Virus record (IMG/VR): IMGVR_UViG_3300025299_000105
From: a virus
Direction: 5' to 3' (one strand)
DNA: 64,000 nt
Part shown: piece by piece, positions 9,257 to 18,858 of the stretch
Position numbering within the stretch: the stretch's first letter is position 1
Layout of the letters: each line of letters opens with the position of its first letter
Program-made: the position numbers and the translations under genes
The notes under the pieces: generated by a model
Told to the model about the DNA's origin: nothing
What the model saw: only the letters and a program-made list of their open reading frames with translations
Database searches by the model: none

Positions 9257-9813
9257 AGCACCTCAGCACAGGTCTGCGCCTCGTCGGCGCGCCGGTTGGC
9301 GAGGCCGTGCACGAAGGTGCATTGCCGCTGGCCGGCCACCGTCTTGCAGGTGTACGACCACACCAGCGTGCCGTCGTCGCCGCGCGCGATGCGCTGGCAG
9401 CCCAGGGCCCACTGCCCGCGATTCCATGCCGCCATTGCACCGCTGCCGCATGTCGCCGATGGGCCGAGATTCCAGGCGTGCGATGTCGCCATGTCGAACA
9501 CCATCTGCGATGGCGGCCGCTTGAAGCACGTTGCCAGTCGCTGCTGCACCGCGACGACGGCAGAGCGCTCCTCGGCTTCGCACTTCTCATCGGTCCAGCG
9601 CTCGCCCACGACGATCGGCGTCTTGGTGACGTGGGGCGTGAGGCCGTTGCAGACCGTGGGAAGGCCGCCGGCCAGCCGGTCCGCGTAGACCACCAGCACG
9701 CGGGCCTTGCCGCTCTCCCACTTCTGGAGGAATCCCATTAGGAACGGGCTGCCGGCCACCAGCGTCGCGCCAGCGACGACGATGGTGCTGATGACTTTGG
9801 TCTTGGCGCTCAT
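9253..9813 (-). CDS. SAR-type endolysin (GH24 lysozyme)
   Basis: Weakly hydrophobic N-terminus, then WE...YADRLAGGLPTVCNG (Glu, Asp, Thr catalytic-type residues). Confidence 0.88.
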   Translation of the reverse strand: MSAKTKVISTIVVAGATLVAGSPFLMGFLQKWESGKARVLVVYADRLAGGLPTVCNGLTPHVTKTPIVVGERWTDEKCEAEERSAVVAVQQRLATCFKRPPSQMVFDMATSHAWNLGPSATCGSGAMAAWNRGQWALGCQRIARGDDGTLVWSYTCKTVAGQRQCTFVHGLANRRADEAQTCAEVL

Positions 9814-10127
9814 TTCGGGGTCGCTCCGGTGCGCCACGCGGTGTATGCCGCCGCGATGGCGACGCCAAGGCCCACGATGGCGGCCAGCGGCTTCGCCAGC
9901 TTGCCCAAGGCCTCGAGCACCTTGAAGGCGCCCTTGCCGTTCGCGAACCACTCGATCAGCTCGCCCACACTGGACTCGACGCGCTGGGTGGACTCGGTGT
10001 TCGCCTTGAGATTCGCCTCGATGCGGCTCATGCGGGCGTCGCCTTCATCGAGCCGCGCGTGGATGGCCACGATCTCGGGGTGTGGCTGGTCAGCTGGCGC
10101 GCCGTCCGTTGTGTTGGAGTCGGTCAT
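9810..10127 (-). CDS. Putative holin
   Basis: Coiled coil plus C-terminal TM helix, directly upstream of the endolysin. Confidence 0.6.
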   Translation of the reverse strand: MTDSNTTDGAPADQPHPEIVAIHARLDEGDARMSRIEANLKANTESTQRVESSVGELIEWFANGKGAFKVLEALGKLAKPLAAIVGLGVAIAAAYTAWRTGATPK

Positions 10128-10462
10128 CGTTCGACGATCCTCAAGAAAATGGACCGGTCATCGATCCGTGGCGGGGTGTTGTTGGTGGTGATGCGGCAGG
10201 TCACGCGCAGCTTGTTCGGGCCCGTCGCCAGCTTCGTGCCGCCGGAGAGCCAGACGGTGGCCGTGGTGCCGTCGAAGGCCTGGTCCACGATGGTCAGCGA
10301 GGGGTCAACAACGAACTCCGCGCTCGCGATCTGGTCGTCACCGTTCAGGGCAAGCCAAGCGCTCCAGTCGAAGGGGTAGTCGAGCACCGCATCGGGGTCT
10401 TTCTCGATCACGGAATCACCGTTCCGATCGATCTCGTAGGTGGTGGGCTTGGGCGTGGCCAT
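10124..10462 (-). CDS. Fibre-tail adaptor-like protein
   Basis: KDPDAVLDYPFDWSAWL...TVWLSGGT...RITT motif family, follows the fibre gene. Confidence 0.7.
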   Translation of the reverse strand: MATPKPTTYEIDRNGDSVIEKDPDAVLDYPFDWSAWLALNGDDQIASAEFVVDPSLTIVDQAFDGTTATVWLSGGTKLATGPNKLRVTCRITTNNTPPRIDDRSIFLRIVER

Positions 10463-10471
10463 GCTGGTCTT

Positions 10472-11914
10472 TCAGTCGGTGAAGGCGATGCGGCGGTCCT
10501 CGCCAACGACAGCCACGGCACGGCCTTCCGGTACTGCTGCGAAGGCTCGGTCCTCGGGGACGATGCCGAGTACACGGCGCTCGGCGCGCACATCGATCGT
10601 GCGCTCGTTGCGCTCAAAGATGTACTCGTGCCGTAGGCGGGCTGTCTGCGAGACTGCTGCGAGGACCTGGGCTGCGACGAAGGCGCGCACCGTGTCGGTC
10701 ACGATGCCGGTGGCGGTCTGGGAAACCCCCTGCAGCAACTGCGTTGCAGCGAATGCATCTCTCGCCTGAGCCACTGCACTCTGAGAAACGCCTCCCAAAG
10801 CTTGAGAAGCAGAGGCTTTGATGCCCGCATGGGCGACACTCAGTTGAGTGACGCCTGCGAGCGTATTTGCTGCACTTGTTTTGGCCGTGACCGTGGCGCC
10901 CGCAGCCTGAGAAACGCTCGCAAGAGTCTGAACTGCAGAAGCGGTTCGATCTGCGCCACCAGTGGTCCCGGTAGCGGACTGGGCGACGCTGAAGAGAGTT
11001 TGAGCCGCAGAGGCGCTGCCAGCTATGGAAGCACTCGCAGCCTGTCCAACAACGGCCAAGGTCTGGGCAGCAGCAGCAGACACTTTCACAGCGGCAGTTG
11101 TTGAAGAGGTCACTCCATCCAAAGTCTGGTCCGCAGCGAAGGACCGATCAGCGCCAGTCGAGACTGTTCCAGTCGCGATCTGCGAAACCCCGTCAAGCAC
11201 CTGCTGGAGCACGACAGGCGTATCGTCAAACGGGGCAGTTGGCGGTGTGAAGTTCGTGACGTATCGAGCGACGCCCTTGGTGATCCTCACCTCGTCAATG
11301 TTCCCGTTCCAGTCATACGTGGGATTGCGGGTATTGACCTGGGCTCCGATTGAGAATCGGAGGAGAGAGATTGTGTAGTCGCGGGTATCGGTTACGCTGG
11401 CTTTAAGCACGCCATTGACATAGATCGCCAGCGCAGTAAGGACGCGGCAAACCGCGACATGCACCCAATCTCCGGTGTTGATGGGAGCGCCACTCGCTCC
11501 TAGAACCAAAACGCCGCTGCCGCCGTCGGTGGACCACCATTGCGGATTGCCGGAGCTGTCCATATACAGCTCCCAGCAATTGATCTGGGAGGTCTGGTAG
11601 TAGTCGAACAGCACCCGGTCGGTGACAAGCGGCGACACCTTCACCCATGCTTCTACGGTGAAATCGCCGGTGCCAAACTGGAAGTCCGTGAGATTGCTCG
11701 TTGTCGAGATGTAGTCGCCAACCCCATCACACAGCATTGAGGCGCTGCCGAATTTCGGAGAGCCCGAGCTGAGCTTCGCGTCTCCGTTGACGGTGTAAGT
11801 CTTCCCCTTCTGATCCGTGAACGTTGTCGATCCGTCTGCACCGTCGAAGTGCAGATGCGTGACGACGCTGCCATACGCTGCGTCGCTGTTGCTCGGGATG
11901 TTGCGATCGGCCAC
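10472..11914 (-). CDS. LamG/concanavalin-domain tail fibre or receptor-binding protein with repeats
   Basis: LHFDG, DFTVEAWVK, WVHVAVCR, IYVNG, GNIDEVRITKGVARY, then about nine QTLxxVxQxA repeats. Confidence 0.85.
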   Translation of the reverse strand: MADRNIPSNSDAAYGSVVTHLHFDGADGSTTFTDQKGKTYTVNGDAKLSSGSPKFGSASMLCDGVGDYISTTSNLTDFQFGTGDFTVEAWVKVSPLVTDRVLFDYYQTSQINCWELYMDSSGNPQWWSTDGGSGVLVLGASGAPINTGDWVHVAVCRVLTALAIYVNGVLKASVTDTRDYTISLLRFSIGAQVNTRNPTYDWNGNIDEVRITKGVARYVTNFTPPTAPFDDTPVVLQQVLDGVSQIATGTVSTGADRSFAADQTLDGVTSSTTAAVKVSAAAAQTLAVVGQAASASIAGSASAAQTLFSVAQSATGTTGGADRTASAVQTLASVSQAAGATVTAKTSAANTLAGVTQLSVAHAGIKASASQALGGVSQSAVAQARDAFAATQLLQGVSQTATGIVTDTVRAFVAAQVLAAVSQTARLRHEYIFERNERTIDVRAERRVLGIVPEDRAFAAVPEGRAVAVVGEDRRIAFTD

Positions 11915-11926
11915 GGTTCCTCAGGC

Positions 11927-12331
11927 TCAGGGGTTGCCTTCGGTGATCGTCCAGCCAGTGATCTGCACGGACTGGCCCGACGCGATGCTGGTGTTGTCCA
12001 CCGTCATGTCGCCGCCGCCACCGGTTGCGGTCACGCTGCCCTGCATGTGGCACGTGGTGCCGGCGCTGTCCTTGATGCGGTAGTGGCCTGCGGTGCCGGT
12101 GCCCGAGGCGGTGGCGCTCAACGGCACACCGCTGAAGGTGAGAACGCCGCTGGCCTGCGTCGACCAGTCCGACGCCAAGGTGAACTCGGCAAGCAGCGTG
12201 CCGCTGTCGACCGCTGCGCAGTTAGCCGGCTGCGCGCCGGTGCGGATCTGCACCTTCGGGGTGGTGCCGATGGTGGTTTCGATCTGTGCGCTGCGCGCGT
12301 TGCGCAGCGTCGTGCCCATCTGGATGGTCAT
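11927..12331 (-). CDS. Virion structural protein of the fibre module
   Basis: AAGGAG SD before ATG at 12331; similar to 17912-18346. Confidence 0.7.
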   Translation of the reverse strand: MTIQMGTTLRNARSAQIETTIGTTPKVQIRTGAQPANCAAVDSGTLLAEFTLASDWSTQASGVLTFSGVPLSATASGTGTAGHYRIKDSAGTTCHMQGSVTATGGGGDMTVDNTSIASGQSVQITGWTITEGNP

Positions 12332-12353
12332 GGGAAGCTCCTTGAATGCCGAC

Positions 12354-12396
12354 ATGGTGTCGGCCGAAGAGGCCCCGCGCGAACCTTACTGGGGTG
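12354..12396 (-). promoter_or_regulatory. Late-promoter motif copy 2 plus -10
   Basis: CGAACCTTACTGGGGTG at 12380-12396; -10 CACCAT at 12354-12359. Confidence 0.7.
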
Positions 12397-12456
12397 CCAG
12401 CTAGACTTCTCGTTCAGCCGAGAGGCGCTTCCTCAACACTCTTCGAAAGACCCGAG

Positions 12457-12807
12457 ATGTCCGTGCTACAGCCCATGCAAGAATTCACTTTCCACTTCGC
12501 AGATGGCCGCGTGGCATTTGCCCACCTCTATCAACATCCGGACTTGAGTTGGTTTGCATCCCAGACGGAGCTACTTGCCGGCGACAGCGTCAGCGCAGGG
12601 CAGTTCTATGCGTCAGTTCCTTGCCCTCGCGGGGCCACGGCGGAACAAGCGTTCGAAATGCTCGTCCAGCGCGCTGTTGGCGGATCAACGGTGGCCGGAA
12701 CCACCCTGACCGCAATCGACAACCCGAACAACGATGAATTCGTGAAGATCGCTGCGCAACGCCAGCTCGCCCCAGGAGTTGAGATCCGGCGAAACGGGCA
12801 GGCCTGA
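12457..12807 (+). CDS. Accessory (moron) hypothetical protein
   Basis: Opposite strand inside the late region, 116 aa. Confidence 0.65.
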   Translation: MSVLQPMQEFTFHFADGRVAFAHLYQHPDLSWFASQTELLAGDSVSAGQFYASVPCPRGATAEQAFEMLVQRAVGGSTVAGTTLTAIDNPNNDEFVKIAAQRQLAPGVEIRRNGQA

Positions 12808-12847
12808 GTGGTCGCCAAGACTCGCCTCGCCCTCGAATCCCGCTGAA

Positions 12848-13882
12848 CTACAGCGAAGTCGAATCGCTGCCGCTGATGCTGGCGCCGGCGTTGATGCCGT
12901 TCAGCGAGGCTGCGGCGACCTGGGTGGTCGAGGTCAGGGCTGCGATGGCGGCCTGCACCCGGTCGCTCAGCGTCTGGTTCTTCGAACGCAGGTTCGCTTC
13001 GTTGCCGGACTGCTTGATCTGCGCGTCGGCGATCGCCAGGCGCACGCGCGGCTCCAGCGCAGCGCTCTCGGCTTGGTAGAGGGCCACCAGGTTGCGCGCC
13101 AGATCGCTGCGCACGCTCACCATCGCGGTGGCGAGGCCTGCGGCGACCTGATCGCCCTGCAGAAGCGTCCGGATGTACTCGCCGGCGCTGGCCACTGCCT
13201 TCATCCACATGTCCAGCGCTTGGCCGACCGCGAACCGAGCGTTCTCCAGCTCGGCGCGGAAGGCCTCGATGCTGATGTCGCGGCTCTGCTCGGCCAGCTT
13301 GTTGCGCATGTCCTGGCGGATGAGCTGCACCTGGTGCACGAGCGCGCCCGGCGGCAGCGGGAAGCCCCGGTTGGCGAAGGCCTGCATGGCATCGTTCTCG
13401 GCGCGCATCGCCTCGGTGTTGAGCCGGGCACGGCCGCGCTCGTAGATCTGCGCCTCCACCGCCGCATTCACGCCGGTGCCGCCGGTGGTCAGCGCGCGGT
13501 TGATCCATGCGATGGCGTTGTCGAAGTACGAGCGGTCCGGGAAGTAGGTCTGCAGGTAGTCGACGTAGCCCATCGTGATCTCGTCGTGGATCTCGGCGCG
13601 GGCGTCGTCGAAGATCGCTTTCGCGTCGGCCGGGTTGTTGTCCGGCAGCACGGGCTTGATCGGCATCACGTAGCTGGTGTCGAGGTCGACCAGCGGCACC
13701 TGAGGCGCCGGGTCGGTGATCTCAATGGCGCCATCAGCGCGCGCCGACGCGGCATTGAGCAGCAGCACGGCGTTGCGCCACTTGCCGTTCATGACCTGCG
13801 AGACGATGACCGGCGCACCGGCACCTCCGGTGCTGGGATCTGGCACGGAAACGAGGTCGCCAGGGTTGATAGGAGTCGTCAT
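12848..13882 (-). CDS. Putative virion/ejection protein
   Basis: 344 aa, Ala-rich and helical, within the tail operon. Confidence 0.6.
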   Translation of the reverse strand: MTTPINPGDLVSVPDPSTGGAGAPVIVSQVMNGKWRNAVLLLNAASARADGAIEITDPAPQVPLVDLDTSYVMPIKPVLPDNNPADAKAIFDDARAEIHDEITMGYVDYLQTYFPDRSYFDNAIAWINRALTTGGTGVNAAVEAQIYERGRARLNTEAMRAENDAMQAFANRGFPLPPGALVHQVQLIRQDMRNKLAEQSRDISIEAFRAELENARFAVGQALDMWMKAVASAGEYIRTLLQGDQVAAGLATAMVSVRSDLARNLVALYQAESAALEPRVRLAIADAQIKQSGNEANLRSKNQTLSDRVQAAIAALTSTTQVAAASLNGINAGASISGSDSTSL

Positions 13883-15699
13883 GCTCTGGTCTTTCTGGAG
13901 AGGTCGGCGACGATGAACTCGAGGCTGTCGATCTCGAAGTCGGCACCGTCCTGGTTGTAGAAAACGGGGATCAGGTAGTTAGTCTTCAGGCCTTTCCCGA
14001 GCTTGAAGCGGTGCTGTTGCAGCTCTTCCGAGTAGCCCTGCGCCTGGTACTCGAACGAGCCGGCCGGGCCGGAGACCTTGAGCACCAGCGGGGACTCCGA
14101 CGCGGCGCCGATGAAAACCTCAGCCACCGTCTTCTGCTGTGAGTTGCCGAAATCCAGCTTCCCGGGGCAGATCGCGGCCTGAATCGGAGCACCGGCATCG
14201 CTGTCGCCTTCCAGCAGGAACAGGCCGCCCAGCTTGGCGCCGTAGTAGCGGTCGCCGATGCGCGCGAAGCTGTTGAAGCCGTAGTTGGCGTAGCTGGTGC
14301 TGCCGTAGCCGGCCATGTTGACGGCGTGCACCTCCAGGTCGGAGCCGGGCGTGGTCAGCGGCACGTCGAAGGTGAAGCCGTCGCGGATGTCCACGATCTC
14401 GACACCGCCGGCGATGCTCATCGGGATGTCGAACCCGAAGGCGTCGCGGATGTCGGCGACGTCGATGCTGGTGCCCGTCATCGGCACATCGAACCCGAAG
14501 ATGTCGCGGGCGTCGGCCTGGTCTATCGCGGTCGCCAGCATCGGCACGTCGAACACGATGCCGTCGAGCAGGTAGCGCATGGTCGCCGACTCGACGCCGA
14601 GCGTGCCCACCGCGGCCGGCGCGATGCCAAGGATCTGGCCGCCGTCATGGTCGGACAGGAAGCCGCTCGGCGCCGGCGCAGCGGCCGTGCTGGTGAAGAC
14701 CTGCCCCGAGAGCATGTTCATGGCGCCCGCGGCGGCGGCCATGGTGCCGATGATCTTGTTGTTGGAGTCGATCACCGGCGTGCCGCCGTACATCGCGCCT
14801 TCCAGCGGCGGCATCTCGCCAGCGATCTGCGCGGTGTCGGCGTCGGCCAGGAAGCCAGTCAGCGCCGGCATGTTGGCGCGGATGCCGTTGCCCACGCCCA
14901 GGAAGCCCACGGCGGCCGGCATCTCGGTCACGAACTGGGCCGTAGTGCTGGTCTCGCTGAGCAGGCCCTGCGCGCCCGGCATGGTTCCGACGATGCCGCC
15001 CGAGCTGTAGACCGCGATGGAGGGCTCGTCGATGCTGTCGCCGGAGCTGAAGAGCGCCGCCGCCATGAAGAGGTCGGCGCCCGGCGGCACGGCCGAGGCC
15101 TCAGACGCGAAGGGCGTGCCGTTCTTGCGGTACGTGGCCAGGCCGCCGGCGGCGACATCCATCTGGAACTCGTCGCTGGAAAGGTACGAGGTCAGGAAGG
15201 TGCCCGTGAGCGACTTCACCGAGCCGGTGTTGAAAAGCAGGCCGTGCAGGATGTGCCCGTAGCTGGCCGGCGGCGCGCTGGCCTCGCGGGTGACGCCGAC
15301 CACCGCGCCCATGACGGCCTGCGGCACCTTGTAGGTGATGCGGGCCCCGCCGTGCGCCGCCTCGATGGAATGCGCGAAGGAGGTCCAGCCCTGCGGCGGC
15401 ACGTCGACGGCGAAGGCCGGCGAGCCAATCACCTCGGCCGTGGCCGGATGGAAGACCTCCACGGTGTAGGTGTACGGGGTCAGCGGCGACAGGTTCACCG
15501 GGTAGTTCGGATCCCAGACCGTGCTGGTGCGGCCCGTCACCGGGTCGGTCGTCGTGACCCAGGCGCCCTTCGAGGTATTCGGCGGCCCCACGCGCACGGC
15601 GGTGCGGGACTCGGTGCTCCAGTAGGCCGGGCGCGCCGGCTGGTACGGCACCTCGGGCACCGTGTAGCTGTAGCCGTTTCGGATCAGTTGGTTCGTCAT
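13879..15699 (-). CDS. Tail/virion structural protein
   Basis: 606 aa, operon context, four DxRDxFxFDxP-like repeats. Confidence 0.65.
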   Translation of the reverse strand: MTNQLIRNGYSYTVPEVPYQPARPAYWSTESRTAVRVGPPNTSKGAWVTTTDPVTGRTSTVWDPNYPVNLSPLTPYTYTVEVFHPATAEVIGSPAFAVDVPPQGWTSFAHSIEAAHGGARITYKVPQAVMGAVVGVTREASAPPASYGHILHGLLFNTGSVKSLTGTFLTSYLSSDEFQMDVAAGGLATYRKNGTPFASEASAVPPGADLFMAAALFSSGDSIDEPSIAVYSSGGIVGTMPGAQGLLSETSTTAQFVTEMPAAVGFLGVGNGIRANMPALTGFLADADTAQIAGEMPPLEGAMYGGTPVIDSNNKIIGTMAAAAGAMNMLSGQVFTSTAAAPAPSGFLSDHDGGQILGIAPAAVGTLGVESATMRYLLDGIVFDVPMLATAIDQADARDIFGFDVPMTGTSIDVADIRDAFGFDIPMSIAGGVEIVDIRDGFTFDVPLTTPGSDLEVHAVNMAGYGSTSYANYGFNSFARIGDRYYGAKLGGLFLLEGDSDAGAPIQAAICPGKLDFGNSQQKTVAEVFIGAASESPLVLKVSGPAGSFEYQAQGYSEELQQHRFKLGKGLKTNYLIPVFYNQDGADFEIDSLEFIVADLSRKTRA

Positions 15700-15709
15700 G
15701 GGCGAGGCC

Positions 15710-17245
15710 TCAAATCGGTGGGGCGATGCGGCTGTCCGATGCCCAGGGCGTGCCCGGTGTCGCGCCCGCGGGCTGGCCGTTGCGGCGCAGGAAGGTCAGC
15801 GCGGCGAAGTCCTCGAGCTGGAACTTGCCGACATCGCTCACGGGCGCCGCGGCGCGGTCGGTGAGCACCGCCCTCTTCTGCCACGTCGCGCCGCGGTCGC
15901 GCGACTCGAAGAGCGAGTGGGCACCGTCGTACATCGGCGCGACGATGATCCCGGGCGCGATGGCGGACACGATACCGGTGCGGTAGTTCGGCTGCGGCGC
16001 CGGCGGCATGGTGGCGATCGAGACGCCATCGGGCGTGAACAGCAGCACCGGCGGCTCGTTCTGGATGTTGGTGTAGACCGTGGCCAGCGGCCGGGTAACG
16101 ACGACGGCGCCGCCCTCGACACCAACGCAGCCGCCGCTCCAGAACGCCAGGGCGGCATTCACCTCACCGTCGAACAGCGTCATGGTGCCCAGCAGCGTGC
16201 GGGCGTTGGCGTCGATGATGCCGAGCTTGACCTTGGCCTTCAGCACGAAGTCGGCGCCCGGGTTCGGCGCGTAGGGCACCACCACGTAGGCCAGCGCGCG
16301 CGAGGCGTTCAGCGGCGCCGCGTAGAAGCCGCAGGCGTTGACCGCGGTGTTGAACATCGTGGCATACGACGGCACCGGCAGCGTCTGGATGGTGTCGAAG
16401 AACTCCCGGAACAGCTCGGTGCTGCTGGCCTCGGCCCAGGTCGCGCCGGCGTCATCGGTGAACTGGAAGACTAGGCCCGGGCACGCCGCGGCATCGACGC
16501 TGGAGCCGCTGTAGTGCGGCCGGAGGTAGGCGCCCATGAACACGTGCCGACCGGGGGCGATGCGCGCCGGCGCTGCGTAGGTCGCCAGCTGGTTCGGCAT
16601 GTAGAGGGTGTCGCCGAGCACGCGCGTGGTCCCGTCGTCGCGCAGGAAGGCGTGGTAGTGCTGGCCGCTGGGGTCCAGGCTCTGGTAGACGTAGGCGGAC
16701 TGAAATTTCCGCGCCCCGGGCGGCCCGTAGACCTCTCCGGGCACGAACGTGAACTGGGTGCCGTACTCGAAGGGCGCGAAGGCCGTGAAGTCGTAGAACG
16801 CCACGAAGCGGCGGCCATCGCGGGTGCGGTAGGTCTGCAGCTTGTAGGCGTTGCAGGGCTTGCCGTCGAAGTCGGTCGCCGTGCCCAGCAGCGTCGACGT
16901 GGTGTCCAGGCCCAGCCCGCGGCCGTAGTAGCGGATGCGATCGACGCCCAGCAGACCGTCGTCGGCGATGAAGGTGCCGCGGTCCGTGAAGCGCCCGCGC
17001 GCGGTGGCGGAGCCCACCACCCGCTTCTCGCCGTCGATCATGCCGATGCTGTAGAAGCCGTCCTCGAGCGTGCCCTCGCGCGTGACTTCCAGGAAGTCGC
17101 CGCGCTTGTGGGCGACGACCTGGCCGCCGGTCTCGGGATCAAAGCGGCGCTTCTTCAGGTAGGGCACCGTCGACGAGGTGTCGAGGAAGGTGGCGTCCTT
17201 CCCGCCCTGACCGCTGAAGCCGTCGCGGTACTTGACGGGCTTCAT
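15710..17245 (-). CDS. Tail protein, probably beta-propeller/BNR-repeat
   Basis: FTDDAGATW and ESRDRGATW Asp-box motifs. Confidence 0.65.
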   Translation of the reverse strand: MKPVKYRDGFSGQGGKDATFLDTSSTVPYLKKRRFDPETGGQVVAHKRGDFLEVTREGTLEDGFYSIGMIDGEKRVVGSATARGRFTDRGTFIADDGLLGVDRIRYYGRGLGLDTTSTLLGTATDFDGKPCNAYKLQTYRTRDGRRFVAFYDFTAFAPFEYGTQFTFVPGEVYGPPGARKFQSAYVYQSLDPSGQHYHAFLRDDGTTRVLGDTLYMPNQLATYAAPARIAPGRHVFMGAYLRPHYSGSSVDAAACPGLVFQFTDDAGATWAEASSTELFREFFDTIQTLPVPSYATMFNTAVNACGFYAAPLNASRALAYVVVPYAPNPGADFVLKAKVKLGIIDANARTLLGTMTLFDGEVNAALAFWSGGCVGVEGGAVVVTRPLATVYTNIQNEPPVLLFTPDGVSIATMPPAPQPNYRTGIVSAIAPGIIVAPMYDGAHSLFESRDRGATWQKRAVLTDRAAAPVSDVGKFQLEDFAALTFLRRNGQPAGATPGTPWASDSRIAPPI

Positions 17246-17907
17246 GCGACCTCGCGGGTGTTGACGAAGTTGGTCCAGAAATCAGGGGTTGCCGGCGGCG
17301 GGCCTGCGGTGTCGATGCGCATGTGCAGCACGGCACCGCCGTCGATCCCGGTGTTGGAGCGCTGGATGTCGATACTCGGGATCAGCTTGGCGACGGTCGG
17401 CGCCTGCGGGATGGTGCCGCGCAGCACGCCAGCGGTCCAGACCTCGACCTCGCCAGCGACCTGGTCGACGCGCATCTCGAAGGCGCAGACCGTGCCGACA
17501 CCGCCGGGCTGCGTCCAGTCCACGGTCTGGATGCTGCCGCTGATGCTGCACAGGAACTGCACGAAGTACTGCGAGCCGGAGCCTGGCGTCAGCGTAAGGC
17601 CGATGTAGTCGCCCGACGACCCGCTGCTGGACGTGAAGACCTTCAGCCGCAGGAAGTTCTGCGACGAGAACGCCGAGGCCGTGTTCTTGATCGAGCCGCT
17701 GAATGTGAAATCGTCCGTGGACAGGATGTCCGTGAGCAGGTGGATGCCCTCGTCGGCTGCGTTGGCCGACACCACGCAGGCGCCACCACCATCGAGCTCG
17801 CACTCTCCGGCCGGCGAAAGGCTCGCTCCCCAGGCGCCGCCGGTCGTGACGCGGCCCGCGATGGAGCCCGCCGCACCAACGAAGTCATCCTCGAAGAGCA
17901 GAGCCAT
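17242..17907 (-). CDS. Tail protein, beta-rich (lectin-like)
   Basis: 221 aa coupled ORF, FEDDF start, beta-strand-rich. Confidence 0.6.
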   Translation of the reverse strand: MALLFEDDFVGAAGSIAGRVTTGGAWGASLSPAGECELDGGGACVVSANAADEGIHLLTDILSTDDFTFSGSIKNTASAFSSQNFLRLKVFTSSSGSSGDYIGLTLTPGSGSQYFVQFLCSISGSIQTVDWTQPGGVGTVCAFEMRVDQVAGEVEVWTAGVLRGTIPQAPTVAKLIPSIDIQRSNTGIDGGAVLHMRIDTAGPPPATPDFWTNFVNTREVA

Positions 17908-17911
17908 GGCT

Positions 17912-18346
17912 TCAGCCGCTCGGCAGCGCCGTCGTGTAGAAGTCCACCGCCTGCGGCGCGCCGCTCACCAGCGCCACGCTGGTCAGGACGCCATCGGTGC
18001 CGCCGGTGCCCAGAGTGCCCTGGATTCGGACCTGACTGGTCGACAGCGTGCCGTCATCGGCCGAGAGCACGTGGCGGAAGAACGTGGCGGTGCCGGTCGC
18101 GGCGTTGGTGCCGCTCCAGGTCTCGCCGGGCGCCTTGGCCAGCACGCCGCCCGCGGCCGTGGTGTCGTAGTTGATGCCGGCGCCACCGTTCTTGATGGTC
18201 ACCAGCAGCGTGTTGCCGGAAAGCGCGGCGTCGGCCGTGGCCGGCACCGGGCCCGAGTAGATGCGGATCTCGCCGCCGGCCATCGCTGCCTTGAGCGAGC
18301 CGGAGTCGAGCATGTAGTTGCGCAGGCCAGTGGAGAGTTTGAGCAC
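17912..18346 (-). CDS. Virion structural protein
   Basis: STGLRN...EIRIYSGPVPATADAA...LLVTI...GTATFFR; similar to 11927-12331. Confidence 0.7.
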   Translation of the reverse strand: MLKLSTGLRNYMLDSGSLKAAMAGGEIRIYSGPVPATADAALSGNTLLVTIKNGGAGINYDTTAAGGVLAKAPGETWSGTNAATGTATFFRHVLSADDGTLSTSQVRIQGTLGTGGTDGVLTSVALVSGAPQAVDFYTTALPSG

Positions 18347-18357
18347 GGCGGTTCCTT

Positions 18358-18858
18358 TCAGGGGGTGGGGGTTGCGGTCGGGCCCGCGAAGATCTGCAGC
18401 TTCGAGCCATTGGCCTGCACCTTGGGCGATGCGAAGCGCACCACGCTGAGCAGCACGCCCGCGGTGCTGCCCTTGGCCGAGGCCGACACCATGAAGGCGC
18501 CCATCACCGTCTTGTCGGCGGTGAAGACGAATTCCGACAAGCTGGCCGCGTTGCTGACCGAGCCGCCGGATACGGCGCCCTCGTCAAATTCCTTGCGGGA
18601 GCCGGTGTAGGCCGTGCACTCGGTGGCGAGGCCGGCGATGGTCGCCGCGGTCTCGCCGCCGTCGGGCGTGTAGTCGCCCTCGTAGAGGCCGATGTACCAG
18701 GTCGGCACCTGGGTCACACTCTTGAAGGCCAGGCCCAGCAGGAAGTTGAGCCCTTCCATGGGGACGCGGTTCAGGCGCGGCGGATCTTCAGCGAGCAGCC
18801 GGCCATCCGGGCTCCACGACAGCGCGCGGTAGAGCACGCCAGCTTTCTGGTGGTTCAT
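18358..18858 (-). CDS. Virion structural protein
   Basis: WYIGLYEGDYTP...GAFMVS...LLSVVRF, tail operon context. Confidence 0.65.
   Translation of the reverse strand: MNHQKAGVLYRALSWSPDGRLLAEDPPRLNRVPMEGLNFLLGLAFKSVTQVPTWYIGLYEGDYTPDGGETAATIAGLATECTAYTGSRKEFDEGAVSGGSVSNAASLSEFVFTADKTVMGAFMVSASAKGSTAGVLLSVVRFASPKVQANGSKLQIFAGPTATPTP

Noticed and set aside
12332-12355. ORF-track start at 12355 (MSAFKELP)
   Set aside because: That ATG lies in the predicted -10 box; the AAGGAG SD supports the ATG at 12331.
13879-18858. Contractile or long non-contractile tail genes
   Set aside because: No tape measure, sheath, tube or tail-chaperone frameshift recognised; gene order fits a podovirus.
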